Assembly: GCA_023269695.1 (NCBI GenBank)
Contig: JAHFPS010000001.1
Coordinates: 44,366-108,365, forward strand
Reading direction: 5' to 3'
Length of the DNA: 64,000 nt
From: Rickettsia sp.
Lineage (GTDB): Bacteria; Pseudomonadota; Alphaproteobacteria; Rickettsiales; Rickettsiaceae
Shown here: piece after piece, positions 29,771 to 40,047 of the stretch
Numbering within the stretch: the stretch's first letter is position 1
Layout: each line of letters opens with the position of its first letter
Notes under the pieces: generated by a model
Databases searched by the model: none
What the model saw: only the letters and a program-made list of their open reading frames with translations
What the model was told of the DNA's origin: nothing
Translations under genes and position numbers: made by a program

Positions 29771-32260
29771 TTACAATAATTGTTTTTTTTCTTCAATAAT
29801 TTCAAAAACTTCTACAATATCGGATTGTTCGATATTCTCATAATTTTCAAAAGCAATACCACATTCGAAGCCTTCGTGAACTTCTTTGACATCATCTTTA
29901 AAACGTTTGAGAGTTTTGAGTTTTCCCTCGTGAATAACAATATTATCTCGTAACAATCGAGCCCTAGCACCTCTTTTAATAGTACCCTTAGTAACATAAC
30001 TACCAGCAATTTTTCCAACCTTCGAGACAGTGAATATTTGTCGGATCTCGACTGTACCAATATATTGCTCACGAATAATTGGTGAAAGCATACCACTAAT
30101 TATTGATTTAATATCGTCTAGTAAATTATAGATAAGAGAGTAATATCTAATATCCACTTTTTCTCTTTCTGCCATAGTAAAAGCATTGCTATTAGTTCTA
30201 ACGTTAAAACCAATAATAATAGCATTTGATGCTTTAGCTAAGGTAACATCTGACTCCAATATTCCACCTACTGCGTGATGTAAAATTCTTACACGAACTT
30301 CATCATTTGGCAGCTTTAATAGACTAGTAACAATTGCTTCAATCGAACCTTGCACATCACCTTTAACGATTATCGGTAACTCCTTCATCACAGTGCTGCC
30401 AGAGGCTTTTAAGAATAATTCTTCTATGCTTGATCTTTTGGTAACAGAAATTTTCTTTTCTTTTGCCAGGCGTTCACGATACTCTACAATATCCCTAGCC
30501 TGTTTTTCATTCTGCACTACATTAAATTGATCTCCTGCACGTGGGGCTTCATTTAAACCATAAATCTCTACTGGTAAAGTTGGTTCTGCCTGGGTAAGAT
30601 CCACTCCTTTATCATTATTCATTCTCTTAATTCTACCATATTTCGTTCCGGCAACTACTATGTCTCCAGTTCTTAGAATACCACGTTGTACCAATATAGT
30701 AGCCACAGCTCCTTTGCCTTTATCGACTTTTGCCTCTATGACCACACCAGCAGTGAGTCCGCTAAAGTTAGCCTTAAGATCCTGCATTTCTGCCACTAAT
30801 AATATAGCATCTTCTAATTTATCTAAATTAGTTTTCTTCAAAGCTGAAACCGGTACAACTATAGTATCGCCACCTAACTCTTCACTAACTAAATCGTACA
30901 TTAACAGGTCATTCTTAATTCGGTCAAGATTAACATCTGGTTTATCGATCTTATTTATTGCCACAATTATAGGAACATTTGCCGCCTTAGCGTGATTAAT
31001 TGCTTCAATCGTTTGCGGCTTTATTCCATCATCTGCCGCAACTACTATAACTACTATATCAGTTACCTTAGCACCTCTAGTCCTCATCTCTGAAAACGCT
31101 TCATGCCCTGGAGTGTCAATGAAAGTAATAGCTCTACCATCAGCTAAGGTTACCCGATAAGCACCAATATGTTGGGTGATGCCACCTGCCTCCTGACTTG
31201 CCAAATCAGTTGATTTTAAAGCATCAAGTAACGAAGTTTTACCGTGATCGACATGTCCCATAATCGTTACAATAGGAGCTCTATGCTTTAAATCTTCTTC
31301 TTTATCAGCTTCACTAATCAATATATTCTCAACGTCGGATTCTTGAACCCTTTTTACTGTATGACCTAAGGTCGTAGCAATAAGCTCCGCTGTATCTGTG
31401 TCAATCGTTTGGCTGGTCGTAGCCATAATGCCAAGCTTCATCAATTCTTTTATAACATCTGTTGCTCGCTCAGACATTCTATTGGCTAGATCTCCCACAG
31501 AAATGGCTTCAGGAATAATAACTTCTCTATACACTTTATCTGGTGTTTGTTGATAAGCTTTACGCTTTTCTTTTTCCCTTGCTCTTTTTATTGAGGCAAG
31601 GCTTCTAGTTTTACCGGCATTATCACTTCCGTCTGCATCAAGCATATTGAAAATATCTGCCTTTTTTAATTTTTTAGGTTCCTCAATTTTAGCCTTGGGT
31701 ACTGCTATTTTATTATCACCAACCTTATCTGTTGAAGCAGTATCTTCAAGTGCAACACCAAAATGACTCTGAGAACCAATAATGGGTGATCTAACAAAGG
31801 GCTTGGATGGGTTTTTATCCTGCAGAGATGGAGCTGTTAAGATAACAGGAAATTCAGAATCGTTTTCGATATTTTGTGACTCATCTTGGTCATTTTCTAG
31901 GATATCTAAATATTCTGGTGGTGCAGATTGATTGATATTTGCCAGTTTACTAAGAGTACTAATTTTATTATCAAGACTCTTCGATTTTGCATCTTCTGCT
32001 GCTTTTTTTAAAATAGTTAGGCGTCTATTAAATTCTTCGGCAGCAGTAGATTCACTGCTCTGAGCAGTAGAACCACTAGACCAAAGTTTATTAAAAGACA
32101 AATTACCAGCTTGGGTGTTACTCTTCCTAACTTCTACAATCGTTTTTGCAGAGCTAACAAAACCTCTAGTTACGTTAGTAGGTTGAGAGGGCTTGTTAAG
32201 CAAGAGTTTTGAACCGCCAAGTGTTAATTTCTTTGGTTTAGGTTCTTCGTCATACGTCAT
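29771..32260 (-). CDS. infB: Translation initiation factor IF-2
   Basis: [25 protein letters not shown]; probable ATG at 32260. Confidence 0.98.
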   Translation of the reverse strand: MTYDEEPKPKKLTLGGSKLLLNKPSQPTNVTRGFVSSAKTIVEVRKSNTQAGNLSFNKLWSSGSTAQSSESTAAEEFNRRLTILKKAAEDAKSKSLDNKISTLSKLANINQSAPPEYLDILENDQDESQNIENDSEFPVILTAPSLQDKNPSKPFVRSPIIGSQSHFGVALEDTASTDKVGDNKIAVPKAKIEEPKKLKKADIFNMLDADGSDNAGKTRSLASIKRAREKEKRKAYQQTPDKVYREVIIPEAISVGDLANRMSERATDVIKELMKLGIMATTSQTIDTDTAELIATTLGHTVKRVQESDVENILISEADKEEDLKHRAPIVTIMGHVDHGKTSLLDALKSTDLASQEAGGITQHIGAYRVTLADGRAITFIDTPGHEAFSEMRTRGAKVTDIVVIVVAADDGIKPQTIEAINHAKAANVPIIVAINKIDKPDVNLDRIKNDLLMYDLVSEELGGDTIVVPVSALKKTNLDKLEDAILLVAEMQDLKANFSGLTAGVVIEAKVDKGKGAVATILVQRGILRTGDIVVAGTKYGRIKRMNNDKGVDLTQAEPTLPVEIYGLNEAPRAGDQFNVVQNEKQARDIVEYRERLAKEKKISVTKRSSIEELFLKASGSTVMKELPIIVKGDVQGSIEAIVTSLLKLPNDEVRVRILHHAVGGILESDVTLAKASNAIIIGFNVRTNSNAFTMAEREKVDIRYYSLIYNLLDDIKSIISGMLSPIIREQYIGTVEIRQIFTVSKVGKIAGSYVTKGTIKRGARARLLRDNIVIHEGKLKTLKRFKDDVKEVHEGFECGIAFENYENIEQSDIVEVFEIIEEKKQLL

Positions 32261-32592
32261 AAATATTAAACCTTTAAATAGCAATTATATATGCTAAAGT
32301 TTTGTAAATAATTCTGCTATCTGCTGTCTAATTAATGATTAGCAGATAGTTAGATACTCAAATGTTCTTGAGGATTAATTCCGCAAAATCTGAGGGTACA
32401 CCCACATGTTCACGTACCAATTCCCTTAATACGTTATGGTTTTTCGTTTAATTTTTTCTAAAAATTCTCTAGTTATATCTTGTTTAAACAAGTCTATCAC
32501 TAGAAAAATTTTTTCTTGCACTTACATCTCGTGCTTATACCATAATACCAGGTTTTTTAAGGAAATCGCTAATTTTCTTTATTCAAAATTTA

Positions 32593-32757
32593 CAGGGCAG
32601 TTTAAAAGTCGCAGAAAAATAACCGACGTCATTGCGAGAAGCCACTTTAGTGGCGACGAAGCAATCCATAAAAGTGGATTGATTCGGAGGTCCTATGACC
32701 TCCTCGCAATGACGTTCCGGGTTTTTTAACCGGTCTTCACGACTTTTAAATTGCCTG
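32593..32757. mobile_element. Shell-B MITE (ISAs1-like CAGGG ends) with 9-bp TSD
   Basis: CAGGGCAGTTTAAAAGTC...GACTTTTAAATTGCCTG; CAAAATTTA at 32584-32592 and 32758-32766. Confidence 0.92.
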
Positions 32758-32962
32758 CAAAATTTATTATCTTGGCTCAAGATAGATTTATGCAATCCCC
32801 TCTACCAAATTACTTCAATTTCGAATTAGCTAATTTTTGTTGGTAATGTTTTTACTGGTAATATTTCAATTATATCAATAAAATTCTGAACACTAATAGT
32901 TGATGTTAAATTATTTGCAAAATCATTAATAATATCAAAAATGTTTTATCACTTGCTAATGA

Positions 32963-33080
32963 TGTCATTCCAGCGTAGGAGGGAATCTAAGATACCTGCT
33001 TTCTCAGGTATGACATTTTTGTACAAAAATATGTCAAGAGAAACTTAAGGCTAATTGTTAGCCTCTACACGGGAATGACA
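32963..33080. repeat. Degenerate inner-hairpin units
   Basis: TGTCATTCCAGCGTAGGAGGGAATC..., GGGAATGACA. Confidence 0.7.
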
Positions 33081-33101
33081 CCAATTTTCAACTCAAACAA
33101 C

Positions 33102-34595
33102 TTACTCATCATCACCAATACGAGCCGTACGAATCAGTAATTCTATATCATTATCTAGCATGCTACAATTAGGCACTAATGACCTAAACTCATTAACTGT
33201 CAACTCTCCCAAATCTTCTATAGTCTTTATACCATATTCAGCTAATTTTAATATGAATTCTGGTTGTAAATCCAATATATCAATTAATTCTTGTTCAACA
33301 CCTAAAGCCTCGAGTTTAATAATAATTTTTTCATTCTTAGCATTTACATAATTTATGGCTCGTACTCTTATCTCAGTTGCTAATTCTTCTTCAAACCCTT
33401 CAATATTCATTAAATTTTTAACCTTACTGGAAGCCAACTGTTCTAAAGAAGTAAAGCCTTGTGCAGATAATAGTTGGGCTATTACTTCTTCAACATCCAA
33501 CGATTCCATAAATAATTCAGTAGCAGAACGAAACTCATCATTTCTCCGTTTGGATTCTTGATCTTCGGTCATTATATTAATATTCCAGCCAGTAAGCTTA
33601 GATGCTAAACGAACATTCTGTCCTCTTCTACCAATGGCAAGGCTCAAATTATCTTGAGATACGACAACATCAACTATATTTTTATCTTCATCGATGACAA
33701 TTTTTGCAATTTCTGCAGGAGCCAGTGCATTCATAATAAATTGGGCAATATTGTTACTCCATAATATTATATCTATCTTTTCACCATTAAGCTCATTAGT
33801 AATAGCTCTAATCCTATTACCTTTAATTCCTACGCATGAACCTATAGGATCAACGCTGGAGTCAGAAGCAAAGACTGCAACTTTTGCCTTTGACCCAGGA
33901 TCACGGGCTATAGCTCGCAATTCAATTATATTATCATAAATCTCTGGAATCTCTAATTCAAATAATTTTATTAACATTTGATCATCGCTTCTAGATAGAA
34001 AAATTTGTGGTCCTTTAGACACCAATCTTACATCTTGTACATAAGCTTTAATACGGTCATTAACCTTAAAGTTTTCTCCTCTAATTAGCTGATCCTTTTT
34101 AATTATTGCTTCAGCACGACCAAGGTCAACTATGATATTATTAAATTCTATTCTCTTAACAGTGCCGTTTAAAATTTCACCTTTCCTATCTTTAAAATCT
34201 TCATACTGTTTTTCTCGTTCTGTTTCACCAACGCGTTGTATTATTATTTGCTTAGCTGTTTGAGCGGCAACACGCCCAAGATCAATAGGTGGTAAGAGTT
34301 CATAAATCTCATCACCAATTTTAGCATCGTCTTTCTTTTCAACAGCATCATTTAAAGAAATTTGAGTAAAATAATTTTCTACATCATCTACTACATCAAG
34401 GACTCTAAAAAGACTAATATTGCCATTCTTTCTGTTAATCTCAGCTTTTATATTATGTTCATGACCATATTTTTTGCGTCCTGCAGCCTGTACAGCCTGT
34501 TCCATAGCTGAAAGTAAAGCTTCCTTAGGAAGATTCTTTTCTCTAGCTACAGAATCTATGATCTGTAGAATTTCTATGTTACCCATATTAACCAT
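33102..34595 (-). CDS. nusA: Transcription factor NusA
   Basis: GRVAAQTAKQ, ARDPGSKAKVAV, AIGRRGQNVRLA. Confidence 0.98.
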   Translation of the reverse strand: MVNMGNIEILQIIDSVAREKNLPKEALLSAMEQAVQAAGRKKYGHEHNIKAEINRKNGNISLFRVLDVVDDVENYFTQISLNDAVEKKDDAKIGDEIYELLPPIDLGRVAAQTAKQIIIQRVGETEREKQYEDFKDRKGEILNGTVKRIEFNNIIVDLGRAEAIIKKDQLIRGENFKVNDRIKAYVQDVRLVSKGPQIFLSRSDDQMLIKLFELEIPEIYDNIIELRAIARDPGSKAKVAVFASDSSVDPIGSCVGIKGNRIRAITNELNGEKIDIILWSNNIAQFIMNALAPAEIAKIVIDEDKNIVDVVVSQDNLSLAIGRRGQNVRLASKLTGWNINIMTEDQESKRRNDEFRSATELFMESLDVEEVIAQLLSAQGFTSLEQLASSKVKNLMNIEGFEEELATEIRVRAINYVNAKNEKIIIKLEALGVEQELIDILDLQPEFILKLAEYGIKTIEDLGELTVNEFRSLVPNCSMLDNDIELLIRTARIGDDE

Positions 34596-34609
34596 AAATT
34601 CACTGCCTT

Positions 34610-35248
34610 TTAAGATTTTTTATTAGACTTCCTGCAAAACTCTACTTCTGCTGGTGATTTGCACGTCGACGCGGTACTCGAATCTTCGCATACACTAGAG
34701 TACGCTGCGGTTCGAGGTGAAGAGTCTCCTTCAAATCCCTCAGCACAAGTGACTTTTGCAGGAAGTCTATTCATTAAATTTCTGAACATTTCATCTGTCA
34801 ATACCAAAGAGGCTTTTTTTATCATATCAAATGAAAGCACTATATCTTTACCATTATTATTCAGATAAATTTTATTATCTTCAGTTTTAACTATCTTTCC
34901 CTGATATCGAGTTTGACCATTTAGTAATTCTTTTAATTTTATGGTAGCTTCTCTACCGAGAAATCTAGTGTAATCTTCAAATTTTATTAATGGACGTTCG
35001 ATACCTGCTGAACAAACTTCTAAAAAATATTTATCACTAATTATATCTTCAACATCTAAGAGTGCCGAGATATTTTTACTAACATTACGACAATCTATTA
35101 TATTAACCTTATTACCATCCAATCTATCTATTAACACTTCAAGTACTTTATGGCTTGAACCCTTTAAAGTTACTTTTACCAAATCAAAACCAAGATCTTT
35201 TATGTTATCTTGTATAGCATTAATAATTTGTTGTTCTATAGTTTGCAT
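34610..35248 (-). CDS. rimP: Ribosome maturation factor RimP with a 49-aa RPE insertion near the C-terminus
   Basis: CRNVSKNISALLDVED, LEVCSAGIERPL. Confidence 0.95.
   Translation of the reverse strand: MQTIEQQIINAIQDNIKDLGFDLVKVTLKGSSHKVLEVLIDRLDGNKVNIIDCRNVSKNISALLDVEDIISDKYFLEVCSAGIERPLIKFEDYTRFLGREATIKLKELLNGQTRYQGKIVKTEDNKIYLNNNGKDIVLSFDMIKKASLVLTDEMFRNLMNRLPAKVTCAEGFEGDSSPRTAAYSSVCEDSSTASTCKSPAEVEFCRKSNKKS
34625..34768. mobile_element. 144-bp RPE-1-like palindromic element in frame in rimP
   Basis: AGACTTCCTGCAAAA...TTTTGCAGGAAGTCT; ATT on both sides; encodes the GFEGD..RTAAY..V.EDSST peptide. Confidence 0.9.
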
Positions 35249-35275
35249 TACTATATAAATATTTTGAATACTTTA

Positions 35276-35303
35276 ATAAAAAAGGTGGGTTAAACCCACC
35301 TTT
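35276..35303 (-). terminator. Terminator-like hairpin in the rimP 5' leader (possible attenuator)
   Basis: Minus strand AAAGGTGGG-TTTAA-CCCACCTTT followed by a T run, about 30 nt upstream of the rimP start. Confidence 0.6.
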
Positions 35304-35388
35304 GTTCTTCACAACAATTTCAACCCACTAAACTAAAATACAATATTTTTATGATATTAGCAACAATTAAAAATTATCATTATAATGG

Positions 35389-35657
35389 CAGGACAATTTA
35401 AAAGTTGTGGAAAAATAGCTGGCGTCATTGCGAGGAGGCGTAAGCCTACGAAGCAATCCATTCTAATCACTTTTCTGGATTGCTTCGTCGCTACTAAAGT
35501 AGCTCCTCGCAATGACGGTTTGGTAAAAAGTACTTTCGTCATTGCGAGACCACATAGTGGTCGTGGCAATCCAAAAAGTGACCAGAAATGGATTGCTTTG
35601 TTGTGCTTCGCTGCTCCCTCGCTAATAAACAGAGTAATGTTAGTCGGGTTAGTTATA
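35389..35657. mobile_element. Chimeric element: B left TIR, two cores, A right TIR
   Basis: CAGGACAATTTAAAAG...GGTTAGTTATA; TTATAATGG at 35380-35388 and 35653-35661. Confidence 0.8.
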
Positions 35658-35841
35658 ATGGTAATTTTGCCATTATAACTAAGTGTATTTATGTAGTGAT
35701 CACAGCTATTTGCAAGTTATTAGTTACATAATGATTTATCTTATGCTATAATCCCAAATAGAAAACTGGTCTGTATTTAGGTATAGACGAACGCAAAATA
35801 GAATAAATAAAGATTAAGTGAATTGAAATTTAGGTGTTACA

Positions 35842-37164
35842 ATGAAAAAATTAATAATGTTACTATGTTTTTCTTGTTTTTCAAGCATAGCATTCGCTAG
35901 TGGTTGTGCTACTCCAGATAATGCTACTGCCTCAGATACAGAAATAAAATTAGAAGGGTATTTTGATTTCCAATCTGGTTATAGAAATCAGGGAAAATTG
36001 TCAGGGACTAGTAAAAATATTACTGATAATAAGAAAAATCTTACATTTTATACGGAAGCTGCTTTTATGGCTACTGTCAAGCAGGAATTGAATGATATAA
36101 CAGCTGGAGCTAAAATAGTTTTACTGCCAACAACTAAACCAAAACTTTCCGCAAGTTACAATGGTTCTCATATTTTCATAGAAACAGAGTATGGTAAAGT
36201 GGAGTTAGGTTCTCCTCATGACGCTGCTTCTAACATGAGTGTTACTGCTGGTGCAATTGCTGTACCACTTGGTGGTTGTGGTTGGGGTAAGTTTGCAGTA
36301 TTAGATGATAATAATATGAAGTATAAAGGTCTGAAGCCAGACTTTGATACTTCCGGTGCCGGTAGCTCTCAGATAGGTTCGTTCTCCAATAGCTTCGATG
36401 ACATCAGTGGTAAAACAGAGGCATCTAGAAAAGTTTCCTACTATACACCGGAAATGCAAGGCTTTCAGTTTGGTATTTCTTATATTCCTGATTCAGCAAA
36501 TACTGGTGGTAATCGCAGTCTAAAAAATTTAGACGATAAAGGTTTGAGTAAATTAAGTGTTGGTATAACTAAAGTAGAATTACCAGGTATAAATGGTGGT
36601 AAAGGCGATCAGGTGATTATAAATCAGAATGTCAAAGATGCGATTTCTGTTGGAATATCCTATAAATATGCAATTATAGATGATGTAGCAGTAAAAGTGG
36701 CTGTTACAGGAGAATATGCTAAACCAGCTAGTAAGATTATAGTATTAGATCCTAATAGCAAGGTACTTTCTAGAGACAAGTTGTCAAATTTAACTTCTTA
36801 CAGTTTAGGAGCGGTATTGACTTATGGTAATGTTTCTTGTGCTGCTTCTTATGGTAGCTTAGGTAAAAGTTTGACTTCAAAAACTTACCATAAAGTTGGT
36901 CGTAATACTCAATATTATAAGGGGGCAGTTGCTTATGGGCAGGGTCCTATGAAAACAAGTGTTTCCTATTTTAAATCGCTGAAGTATAAAAATACTGTTG
37001 ATACAGTAAGTCTTGGTACTCAATATTTAGTAACACCAGGGTTATTGCCTTATGCTGAAATATCTTATTTCCAAGCTAAAGGTCGACCAGTTTATTCTGT
37101 TGAAGCCCCTAAAACAAAGACTAGAGGTGCTGTTGCTCTTATTGGTGCAAGGCTTAAATTCTAA
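35842..37164 (+). CDS. Outer-membrane porin-like beta-barrel
   Basis: Signal peptide, YGKVELG, KVSYYTP, C-terminal GARLKF. Confidence 0.8.
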   Translation: MKKLIMLLCFSCFSSIAFASGCATPDNATASDTEIKLEGYFDFQSGYRNQGKLSGTSKNITDNKKNLTFYTEAAFMATVKQELNDITAGAKIVLLPTTKPKLSASYNGSHIFIETEYGKVELGSPHDAASNMSVTAGAIAVPLGGCGWGKFAVLDDNNMKYKGLKPDFDTSGAGSSQIGSFSNSFDDISGKTEASRKVSYYTPEMQGFQFGISYIPDSANTGGNRSLKNLDDKGLSKLSVGITKVELPGINGGKGDQVIINQNVKDAISVGISYKYAIIDDVAVKVAVTGEYAKPASKIIVLDPNSKVLSRDKLSNLTSYSLGAVLTYGNVSCAASYGSLGKSLTSKTYHKVGRNTQYYKGAVAYGQGPMKTSVSYFKSLKYKNTVDTVSLGTQYLVTPGLLPYAEISYFQAKGRPVYSVEAPKTKTRGAVALIGARLKF

Positions 37165-37298
37165 CTTTTATTCTCTAATATCATTAGGTTTTCTTGCACA
37201 AAAGTGTCATAGATTCCTGCGTAGGCGGGAGTCTATGATCATAGGACCCTACATTTTTTATTGTTATAGTAAAATAGCAAAATTATACCAGACACAAA

Positions 37299-37661
37299 CG
37301 TCATTGTGAGGAGTGCGTAAGCACGACGAAGCAATCCAAAACATATGCTAAACAATATCTTCATATAAATTGGATTGCTTCGTCACCACTTTAGTGGCAC
37401 AGCTGTCGAAAGTTAGAAGAGGAAGAGGTTTTAGATAGTGTACTTTAAAAGTTGTATGTGGTCAACGTCATTGCGAGAAGACCGTAGGTCGACGAAGCAA
37501 TCCAGGAAAGCAACCAAAAATGGGTTGCTTCGTCGGCTCATGCCTCCTCGCAATGACGCCAGTTATTTTCCCGCAACTTTTAAACTGCCATGATAGCCTC
37601 TAAACCCGCTCTACCTTCTAACTTTCGACAGCTGTGACTTTAGTGGCTCCTCGCAATGACG
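37299..37661. repeat. Outer core palindrome interrupted by a shell-C element
   Basis: CGTCATTGTGAG...[insert]...CCTCGCAATGACG. Confidence 0.88.
37398..37636. mobile_element. Shell-C element (239 bp) with 10-bp TSD
   Basis: CACAGCTGTCGAAAGTTAGAAG...CTTCTAACTTTCGACAGCTGTG; ACTTTAGTGG at 37388-37397 and 37637-37646. Confidence 0.92.
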
Positions 37662-37768
37662 AGATCATCTTTTTTCCTTAAATCAACATGCATACCGAAT
37701 TATACTTTCACGATAGAATAAAAAATGTAGGGTACTATGGTCTATGATACTCAGGGATTTTTTAGAAC

Positions 37769-38662
37769 TTATTTTATAATTTGCATTAATTCATCCCATT
37801 CTCTTTTGGTCATGCCACTAGATTCTAGCGTGACATCTTCTTTATTAATTAGTCTTTTTATGACATCCAGTCCTTTTTTAGAAATATTATTACCTTCTAG
37901 TCTATATTCCTTAAAAGCATCATAAGTAAAAGGCACCCAAGCTTTTACTATTTCTAGCATCTTGTCTGCATATACTCTGATTTCGTATTGAGCATGAGGA
38001 TCGGCTCGCAATAGCAGAAAATTTAAGAGATTATGCAAATTAATTTTCCAATACCATTCTGTATAATAGTTTAAGGTTAAATTCATTCTTGCCAGTTCCC
38101 TAGTAATACCTATGGTATTTTCATCGATAATATTGCCATGTTCATCCTGGTTCATCATTTCAGTATAGTGCTGATAGCATATTTTAGCATCTTTTTCTAG
38201 TAGCACTAATACTTTATCTGCAATTTTTTCTGGAATTTTTTCATCACTTCTTCCCTGCTTATTTATTGTAGATTGAGCAGCAAGATTTTGTTTTTCTGGT
38301 AAATAAAATTCATTTCCTAATATAGAATATCTAGCTGAATATTCATTAACACTAGCGGTTCTATGACGTATCCATTGTCTTGCAACGAAAATAGGTAGTT
38401 TAATATGAAATTTGATATCACACATTTCAAATGGTGTCGTATGTTTGTGACGCATTAGGTAATTAATTAAACCTTTATCTTGGCTTAGTTGTTTTGTACC
38501 TTTGCCATACGATACTCGTGCTGCTTGTACTATGCTACTATCATCACCCATATAATCAATAACTCTAATAAAACCATGATCTAGTACTTTTATGGGTTCA
38601 AATAATAACTCTTCGAGAGCTGGTACAGTTGCTCTTTTAGTATTGTAATTAGTATCGTGCAT
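37769..38662 (-). CDS. thyX: FAD-dependent thymidylate synthase
   Basis: [30 protein letters not shown]; ATG at 38662 has an SD. Confidence 0.97.
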   Translation of the reverse strand: MHDTNYNTKRATVPALEELLFEPIKVLDHGFIRVIDYMGDDSSIVQAARVSYGKGTKQLSQDKGLINYLMRHKHTTPFEMCDIKFHIKLPIFVARQWIRHRTASVNEYSARYSILGNEFYLPEKQNLAAQSTINKQGRSDEKIPEKIADKVLVLLEKDAKICYQHYTEMMNQDEHGNIIDENTIGITRELARMNLTLNYYTEWYWKINLHNLLNFLLLRADPHAQYEIRVYADKMLEIVKAWVPFTYDAFKEYRLEGNNISKKGLDVIKRLINKEDVTLESSGMTKREWDELMQIIK

Positions 38663-38683
38663 TTTTTTCCTCAATTACTCTGT

Positions 38684-38827
38684 AGACTTCCTGGATAAGC
38701 CAATCTAGTTGGTGATTTTGTCGTCGAAACTCGCCTCCGCTCCTCACGTACGTTTATGTACGCTGCGGTACTCGGCTTCGTTTCTCCTAAAAATCTCTCA
38801 ACTATCTTTGACTTATCCAGGAAGTCT
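38684..38827. mobile_element. 144-bp RPE-like element (variant subfamily)
   Basis: AGACTTCCTGGATAAG...CTTATCCAGGAAGTCT; TGT on both sides. Confidence 0.88.
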
Positions 38828-39811
38828 TGTTTGAAAATTTGTTAATTCCAGCATCAAATATTCGTCCATAGGTATCTTACTTTGATTAAGCATTCTATTG
38901 ATATTAGAACCGAGTGCTTTAAATAACTTACCTTTGGCAATCACCGTTCTAGTGCCAACTGGTACTTTACCATGCAGAGCATATGACACAATTAATGGAT
39001 AACTAATATCACCAATTTTTATATCTAGTTTCTCACCTTTTTGTACTGAATCATAAAGTACCTGACCATTCGATAATTTAGTAATCTTTGCGTCAACTCC
39101 TACTTTATCTCCACATAATAAGGGTATCCTATAAGCTATTTCATCATCAAATATCTTTACTTCATGACTATTAACAAAATTATTAGGTAATATTGAATTT
39201 AGGACAATATTAACCCTATAAGGTGAATCATATGCTTTATTTTCTTCGTTAGAATATGCATATTTTGTAGGAAGTATAGCTTGTCTGGTTTGTCCAACCA
39301 TCATCCCTACTACTACAGAATCAATTCCAGGCATGATTGCTCGAGAACCAAGGGTAAAGGTTTTGGTATTTTCACTGAGTAAATTATTGTTAATATCCAA
39401 TAATTGGTAATGTAATGTAACTACATGACCACAAGTTGCTGGACCAACAGTCCCATTACCAAAGCTGTTAATCTTAAACATTGGCTGAATTAAATCTCTA
39501 TTAACCTCTATAGTATATTTACCATCAGTAATAGGTTTGTTAGTTGGTTGTAGTAAATTTTCAAAGAATAGTCGACCTTCTTCTGTTTTAAGAGCATTGA
39601 TCAAAACTTTTGAAACAGTTTTTTCAAGGAAATTACCAGTTAATGGTATATTCGCTTGTTCAGTAGAGGTAGTGCTAGTATTGTTATTACTTTCGGATTC
39701 ATTGGCTGTCTGAACCTTAGGGGTGCTTTCCTCAGGTGGAGATTGCGTTTTCATTTGAACAATAGAGTAAATAATTGCTGCAGCAATTATAAAAGTTAAA
39801 GCTTTTTGCAT
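38813..39811 (-). CDS. Exported protein with FKBP-like peptidyl-prolyl isomerase fold(s)
   Basis: CGHVVTLHY...TFTLGSRAIMPGID..VVGM.VG..R pattern; true start MQKALT at 39811 (the ORF-track extension is repeat-derived). Confidence 0.7.
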   Translation of the reverse strand: MQKALTFIIAAAIIYSIVQMKTQSPPEESTPKVQTANESESNNNTSTTSTEQANIPLTGNFLEKTVSKVLINALKTEEGRLFFENLLQPTNKPITDGKYTIEVNRDLIQPMFKINSFGNGTVGPATCGHVVTLHYQLLDINNNLLSENTKTFTLGSRAIMPGIDSVVVGMMVGQTRQAILPTKYAYSNEENKAYDSPYRVNIVLNSILPNNFVNSHEVKIFDDEIAYRIPLLCGDKVGVDAKITKLSNGQVLYDSVQKGEKLDIKIGDISYPLIVSYALHGKVPVGTRTVIAKGKLFKALGSNINRMLNQSKIPMDEYLMLELTNFQTRLPG

Positions 39812-39856
39812 ATAATATTCCTCTCTTAAGTATCTTTTAGTTTGGTTTATAAAACA

Positions 39857-40034
39857 TATAGCTAATCCGAGTAACATTACTCTGTCATTGCAAGGAGTAC
39901 ACAAGTTCCAGGCGTCATTGCGAGGAGCAACTTTAGTGGCGACGAAGCAATCCAAAAAAGTAATCAGAAATGGATTGCTTCGTCGGCTCACGCCTCCTCG
40001 CAATGACGGAATAATGTTAGTTGGGTTAGCTATA
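39857..40034. mobile_element. Shell-A MITE
   Basis: TATAGCTAATC...GGTTAGCTATA. Confidence 0.9.
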
Positions 40035-40047
40035 CATTCTATAGTTT

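Noticed and set aside
32285-32590. Possible ylxR or other gene remnant between nusA and infB (short minus-strand ORFs LNKEKLAISL..., VQEKIFLV...)
   Set aside because: No recognisable motif; the fragments are short and interrupted by stops.
39812-40003. 64-aa N-terminal extension of the FKBP-like ORF
   Set aside because: It reads through a shell-A element; ATG 39811 has an SD and is followed by a signal-like segment.
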